Origin: Eledone cirrhosa
Taxonomy: Eukaryota
Assembly (NCBI GenBank): GCA_964016885.1
Contig: OZ024754.1
Coordinates: 26,350,001-26,414,000, forward strand
Direction of reading: 5' to 3'
Length of the DNA stretch: 64,000 nt
In this document: positions 58,453 to 64,000 of the stretch, one piece after another
Numbering within the stretch: the stretch's first letter is position 1
Layout of the letters: every line of letters begins with the position of its first letter
The notes under the pieces: model-generated
Told to the model about the DNA's origin: nothing
Databases searched by the model: none
Seen by the model: only the letters and a program-made list of their open reading frames with translations
Position numbers and translations under genes: made by a program

Positions 58453-59117
58453 CAACGTCTATCGGCTGAGTGGATTGGAACCATGTGAAATAAATATTTT
58501 CTCAAGAGTGCAATGCAGTATTTGTTCAGGGATCGTACCTATGTTCATATGCCTAATACGCTAACCCTAACACCCTAAGCGTAACCCTAAGATCCTAACC
58601 ACATTTGCCACACGCCCTGACTATTATATATACAGGAAGATGATGGCATGATAATTTACAGTATTCATTATCGTTTTTTCTACTGCTGCCGATCAGTCTC
58701 AAAAGACACGGAAAATAAAATAAAACGAAAACCTTACGAACGCCATGAAAATACAGAATGATGATAATTAAAAAAAAATATATATATAATATAATAAGAG
58801 ATTGTAAATTTAATAAACCCTAAGAATTTTCCAAAACGGTGAAGCAAGCCAGGATATCAATTTCTCATCAGTAAAATATCTAAATTTAATTGGCCAGATA
58901 TTTGTTGGTGCAAAATACCCCCTTTTTATTGTGTTATTTCTTTTTTTAATAAAAATTAATATTTCTGAACAATTTTATGTAAACCAAGTGAAATAGAATT
59001 AAAAATCAACAATTTAGAAATTAAAGTAACAGAAAGAAAATTGTCAATTTTAAATTTTTAACTGATAATTATTTTTCTTTTATAATAACCACAGAAAATG
59101 TATGGTTAATAATAATG

Positions 59118-60369
59118 GTTTCTTTATTGGCCACAAGGGCTAACATGAAGAAAAACATTACAGACGGCACAGGACGATACAAAGTGGGTTTTGGCCGTGT
59201 AAAAAGGTTATAACAAGATAGAAACGTGTAAAAACAAATTAACAACATTTCAAACAACGAAAATTCCCCCAAAAGGAGGAAGCCTCCGAGGGTCACTCGT
59301 GGCGAAAACCACACAAAAGACCACGGCCACCCTGACCACCAGGGCAAGCACCCTCTCTCAGTTTTTCCACTACTCAGTCTACAGGCGCATACTCAGAGTT
59401 CACTCGGATCAGACTCGCCACTTTCACCCACCTTTCAACAAACTTACTAGAAGACAGCACTTGCCTCTCCACCCTGATTTTCCTCTTCAAGTGAAACTTG
59501 AAAAAGTTAATCAGGGATTGACCGGAGAGGAAAGTGTCCCTCTTCAACCCTTTCAACCTTGTCCACCACACAATCTCTTTCGCCATGGCCACCAGGCAGA
59601 TTAAAACTGCCTGCCCTTCCTCCTCTTTAAAGGAGAAAGGCGGGGCTATCTGCACAATGGACTCAGTCGATAACCGGATCCGTCCTACACGCGGCAACAG
59701 CTGTTCGACATAGCTCCACAAGTCAGCAATGCTCGAGCACAGAACGAGTGCGTGCAGAACGGTTTGTCACCCTGCGTGCATCTCGGACAGGCTCGGCTGA
59801 CAGCACCTCCGTGCCTCTAGAGCTTATCTCGAACAGGCAACGCTCCCTGGTAGCACTGCCAGACCAGGGATTTCTGGAAGTTGTCCATAGACCCCAGGCT
59901 GAAAGTTCTCTTGAATAGAGCGAACAGCTGATCGTCTTCGACGCCCAGGGTCTCCCCGAGAACGTCGTCGCTCTTCCCCTCCACTAGCCCTCTATAGAAC
60001 GCCGAGGTGGATGTTCCACCGATACTAGTGCCCAGCTGGTAGAGGGCGGTAAGCGCTTGGAGACGTTCCAGCTTCCAAGCGCTATCCCTCAGTCTTTTTC
60101 TGATCCAGGACTGCAGCTCATTCAAGGAGACGAGCTGGGGAAAAGCGTGTTTGGCAAACGGCGACCACATCTATTCACGGTCAAGGAAGCACCAGAGATG
60201 TCGCAGCCTCAGCGCAAGTTTGCGCATCATCAGCCACGGCATGCCTAGTCCTCCACGCAACGGGTGTTGACAGCAAATGGATCGTCTAACCATGGCAGCA
60301 CGTCCCTTCCTCAAAAATCGGAAGAGAAGACGCTCCATTTTGGTAAGAGTTGGGCGGGGGCAAGGTACT
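59118..60369 (-). mobile_element. Tx1/L1-clade LINE 3' fragment related to the 36.5-40.0 kb element
   Basis: MAKEIVWWTRLKGL and DNFQKSLVWQCY match the first copy; ends AATAAAGAAA. Confidence 0.9.
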
Positions 60370-60950
60370 ACTCACCGATTTGATCACCTAATATACACAA
60401 AAGACTTCCTGTTTGTCCGAGTGTTCTGTTGATTGAAAAACTGGAACAGTCACCGTCGAAATCCACAGAGGTCCATTCAAAAATTGATATTCATTTGAAC
60501 CAAACTGTACTAAATGAATAGATGAATAGATAGATAAATAAATAGATAGATAGATAGATAAATGAAACAATATATGCTATGTTATAAATCAAGGTAAGGC
60601 ACACTACTATTGATATTATCTGAGATCTATATCGGTAAGATACCTCTGTTACACCTGTTATTAACATGATTGCTATCACCAGCTATAAACAACACACACC
60701 CGCACCATCTATATAGACAAATTTCACTCATAATTTTATCAAAGAACCTTTGTTAAGTTTGTCCTATTCACCGATTTGATCCCCCAATATACACAAATGA
60801 CACCCTGTTTGTCCGACTCACCGATTTGATCACCCCAATATACACAAATGTATTTTTTTGCCCGTCTGTCAGCGATTTTATCACCCAACTCATATAAATC
60901 TACTTCATTTTTGTCCGACTCACCGATTTGACCACTCAAAATACACAGAT
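60370..60950. repeat. Dispersed ~50 bp repeat (ctcaccgatttgatcacc..aatatacacaaa)
   Basis: Copies near 60371, 60767, 60817, 60870 and 60919. Confidence 0.7.
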
Positions 60951-61685
60951 TATTATAGAGAAATTATTTTCAAAGTTATATGAAAATTCTTGGCAGTGTC
61001 TTCCATTAGAAAGAGTTAAACAATATTCGGGTGTTTGGAACATCAAACATGTACGAAGCTGGAAATATAAGTAAAAAATGACTTAACCGTTGCACTGTAA
61101 TTGGTGCACTTGCTGTATTTACATAGCTCCATTGCTGCACATCAACCATAATATGGTGAAGTGTTATCCAAACAAATAATACGATTTTTCAAGAACAAAA
61201 TACTACACTAACACGCATAGAAAAAGTAAATAGAGTCCCCATCCCCTATCCCCCACCCCCACAGAAAACAAAGAAGAAGAAGAAGAAGTGGAAACGCAAG
61301 AGAAGAAATTAAAACAAATAAATGAATGTGTGAAAACAAACTTGAAAGCTAGAATAACAAGTCTCACATCACGTGCTGCTGTCATTAACTTTCGGTCATG
61401 TAAAACTGTGCTATTTAAGATAACGATTTCAACAAAATTTCTCTTTAACGTCTAAGGCTAATTTTAGAGTTCAACATATCTTGCGAATGTGCAAAGGGTA
61501 CTTTTATTATCATTAATTTAAAATTAAAAAAATAATTTTTAAATAGAAAAAGTAAAAAGATAATATAAAGGAGGAGTAAATCAGGTATTAAAAGTAATGA
61601 ATCAGAAATAACCTTCGTATGTGGTTTTTATTTGTCAATCTACAAAACACACAACTTCCAATCTCATGGTTTCACATTGTTAAAA

Positions 61686-61872
61686 TAATTGTTTCTACTT
61701 TAGGCACAAGGCCAGCAATTATCCAGTGCATTACTGGTACTTTATTTTATCGACCCCGTAAGGATGAAAGGCAAAGTCAACCTCGGCGGGATTTGAACTC
61801 AGATCATAAAGGGACGTAACTATGCTGGAAAGCATGGCGTCCGATCCTCTACCGATACTGCCAATTCACCGA
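61686..61872 (-). mobile_element. tRNA-derived SINE (family A)
   Basis: Matches 318-502. Confidence 0.8.
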
Positions 61873-62516
61873 ATGTTTATTCGATAATATTTATCGATTA
61901 AGTTGGATGGTTAAAACGTTAAAGTCTGTTCCAAGCTCGGTGGCTCATAAGACGAGAGGTTATCTTAGTTTCATTGATGTTAAGAAACGAGAGTTCATCA
62001 GGTGACTAATCCCCAGCAGGCACTGGTACCAATTTTAAACTGAGTCAACTGGAACAACTTTAAATGAAACATCTAACTCAAAGAAATCACTACGACGTCA
62101 CATGACTTCCACAAGAAACATATAATTAGTTCAATCGATATGATGCTTGGCTGTAACATTATTAAATTTTAAAAGAAAATATGACATTAAATATGAAATG
62201 AAACTTTCAATTTGAAATCAGACATTTCATAATTAACGATCTGATAATATTTCTCTAAAGTAATTTTCGCACATTTCAGTTCAAATGCAAAGCTTACAGC
62301 ATATGTCAGCTGTATAGGCCTGTACCATTTGTACCTCACTAACGTTCTTTAATGGGGTTGCTAACAAAAAGAAACAACATTAGGTTTCCATTGTCCGAGA
62401 ACTTCATACAGTTACGTCAACAATGTCGTATGTTGATGATCAATATTAACATCCTGATTCTGACATCTAATTTACAAGTTAGAAAAGTTATCACAAAAAA
62501 CCCAAGAGGATAAATT

Positions 62517-62618
<102 letters not shown>

Positions 62619-62692
62619 AACCAATGTTAAATGTATATACACTCATATACATTCATATAGATAACTACACGCACGCGCACACATACGCATGC

Positions 62693-62772
<80 letters not shown>

Positions 62773-62886
62773 GTTATTCCGGGTTGAGTCGGAGGTAACC
62801 ACAGTAAGTAAGGTACTCAATACATAGCAGAGTATAAAAGTTTTAATATAGATGAGATTCTACAGTTCTAGTCCTGTAGAATCTCA

Positions 62887-62936
<50 letters not shown>

Positions 62937-62937
62937 T

Positions 62938-63005
<68 letters not shown>

Positions 63006-63098
63006 GTATATATATATATGTATATGTATATATATATATATGTATATATATATATGTATATATATATATGTATGTATATATATATATGTATATGCATA

Positions 63099-63139
<41 letters not shown>

Positions 63140-63239
63140 TTTACGTATCGAGAGAGAGAAGGAGGGATAGGCGATACATGTAGTTATTTTCCAATATCGT
63201 AAGCAGTGTGTGTTCAATACTAGTGCCGGCAGTGTTAAA

Positions 63240-64000
63240 TATTAGAAGTGTTAATATCTAGTGGGCGAGAGAATTAGCAGAGCGGAAGCACGTGGAGAAG
63301 TAAATAAAGGATAACAAACCGTTAAAACATGTTTATTTAAAATAGCACCTACGTACGTTTCGCCCGAATGGGTTTCTCAAGGGCATAAATAACTAAAAAG
63401 CGTTCCTTACATGACCCGGAATGGGTTTTTAGAGATAAGTTCACGTCAGAGTTCATTCTTCGTAAAAAAGCATGTATTAATTTTGCAGTAGGTCAAGGGA
63501 GATAACTCTAGTCGGTGTTAGGGCAGTCTTTTCCGGACGACTTTTTTTTATCCGTTGCTACTATGTGGTTACTATCTTACCATTGTCGATACACACAGGG
63601 TCAGGTATGCAACGTTAGTTTCGAGACGTTTTTTGCTGCGTCTGCCCGCCTGGGTCGATTCATGCCGAGTCTGTGGTGCATGGTTAGTTTCCGGATGTTT
63701 TTTGCAGCGCCTGCCCGCCGGGGTGTTAAAGCTTGGTGCAGGGAGACCCGGTTTACGGTTTCACTCCTCGTTCTTATTCCATCTGGAGTAGGATATTTTT
63801 AAGCGGCGTGTACAGCTTATCGTCGTTTCAGCTCTGCTGTTGATGAGCTCGTGGGGTGCCGTTATGATATGGTAGAGCTCCATGAGGCAAAGCTCGCACT
63901 TCCTCTTGAAGTTGTACGGTGCTGCTCTGCCGACAATTTCCCAGTGCGTGGAGAAGCTGATGTTTGAGTCTTTTAATGTCTCCACGCAGTGGGAAATTGT
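63240..64000 (-). mobile_element. Naiad-type PLE 3' end running off the window
   Basis: WEIVGRAAPY..CELCLME..INSRAE..SC at 63790-64000; HHR at 63345-63385. Confidence 0.8.
63345..63385 (-). ncRNA. Hammerhead ribozyme, U3-A8 core variant
   Basis: gccc-TTGAGAA-acccattcgggc-GAAA-cgtacg-TA-ggtgc. Confidence 0.65.

Noticed and set aside
58560-58600. Telomere-like CCCTAA repeats
   Set aside because: Only 3-4 degenerate units next to a SINE-like remnant.

Overview
AT-rich, microsatellite-saturated eukaryotic DNA with one 200-N gap. An invertebrate, probably cephalopod, origin is inferred from the SINE style and repeat landscape and is not proven. No intact host gene is visible. The only candidate is one possible first exon on the minus strand near 58.0-58.3 kb. 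The coding remnants are all retroelements: at least seven Naiad-type Penelope-like elements (PLEs; RT plus GIY-YIG), one scrambled Neptune-type PLE, two RTE LINEs ending in three C2H2 fingers, two Tx1/L1-clade LINEs, an RLE-type (R4/Dong-like) tail, an RTE scrap, tRNA-derived SINEs and a MITE. The main hidden layer is RNA structure. About two dozen type I hammerhead ribozyme (HHR) motifs can be read by eye on both strands. They sit in PLE pseudo-LTRs, in short foldback mini-elements embedded in (TA)n, and once per unit in a non-coding ~480-520 bp tandem array at 44.55-46.50 kb that resembles a retrozyme. Variants include U3-A8 cores and a ~104-nt stem II. All calls are by eye; no searches or folding programs were run.
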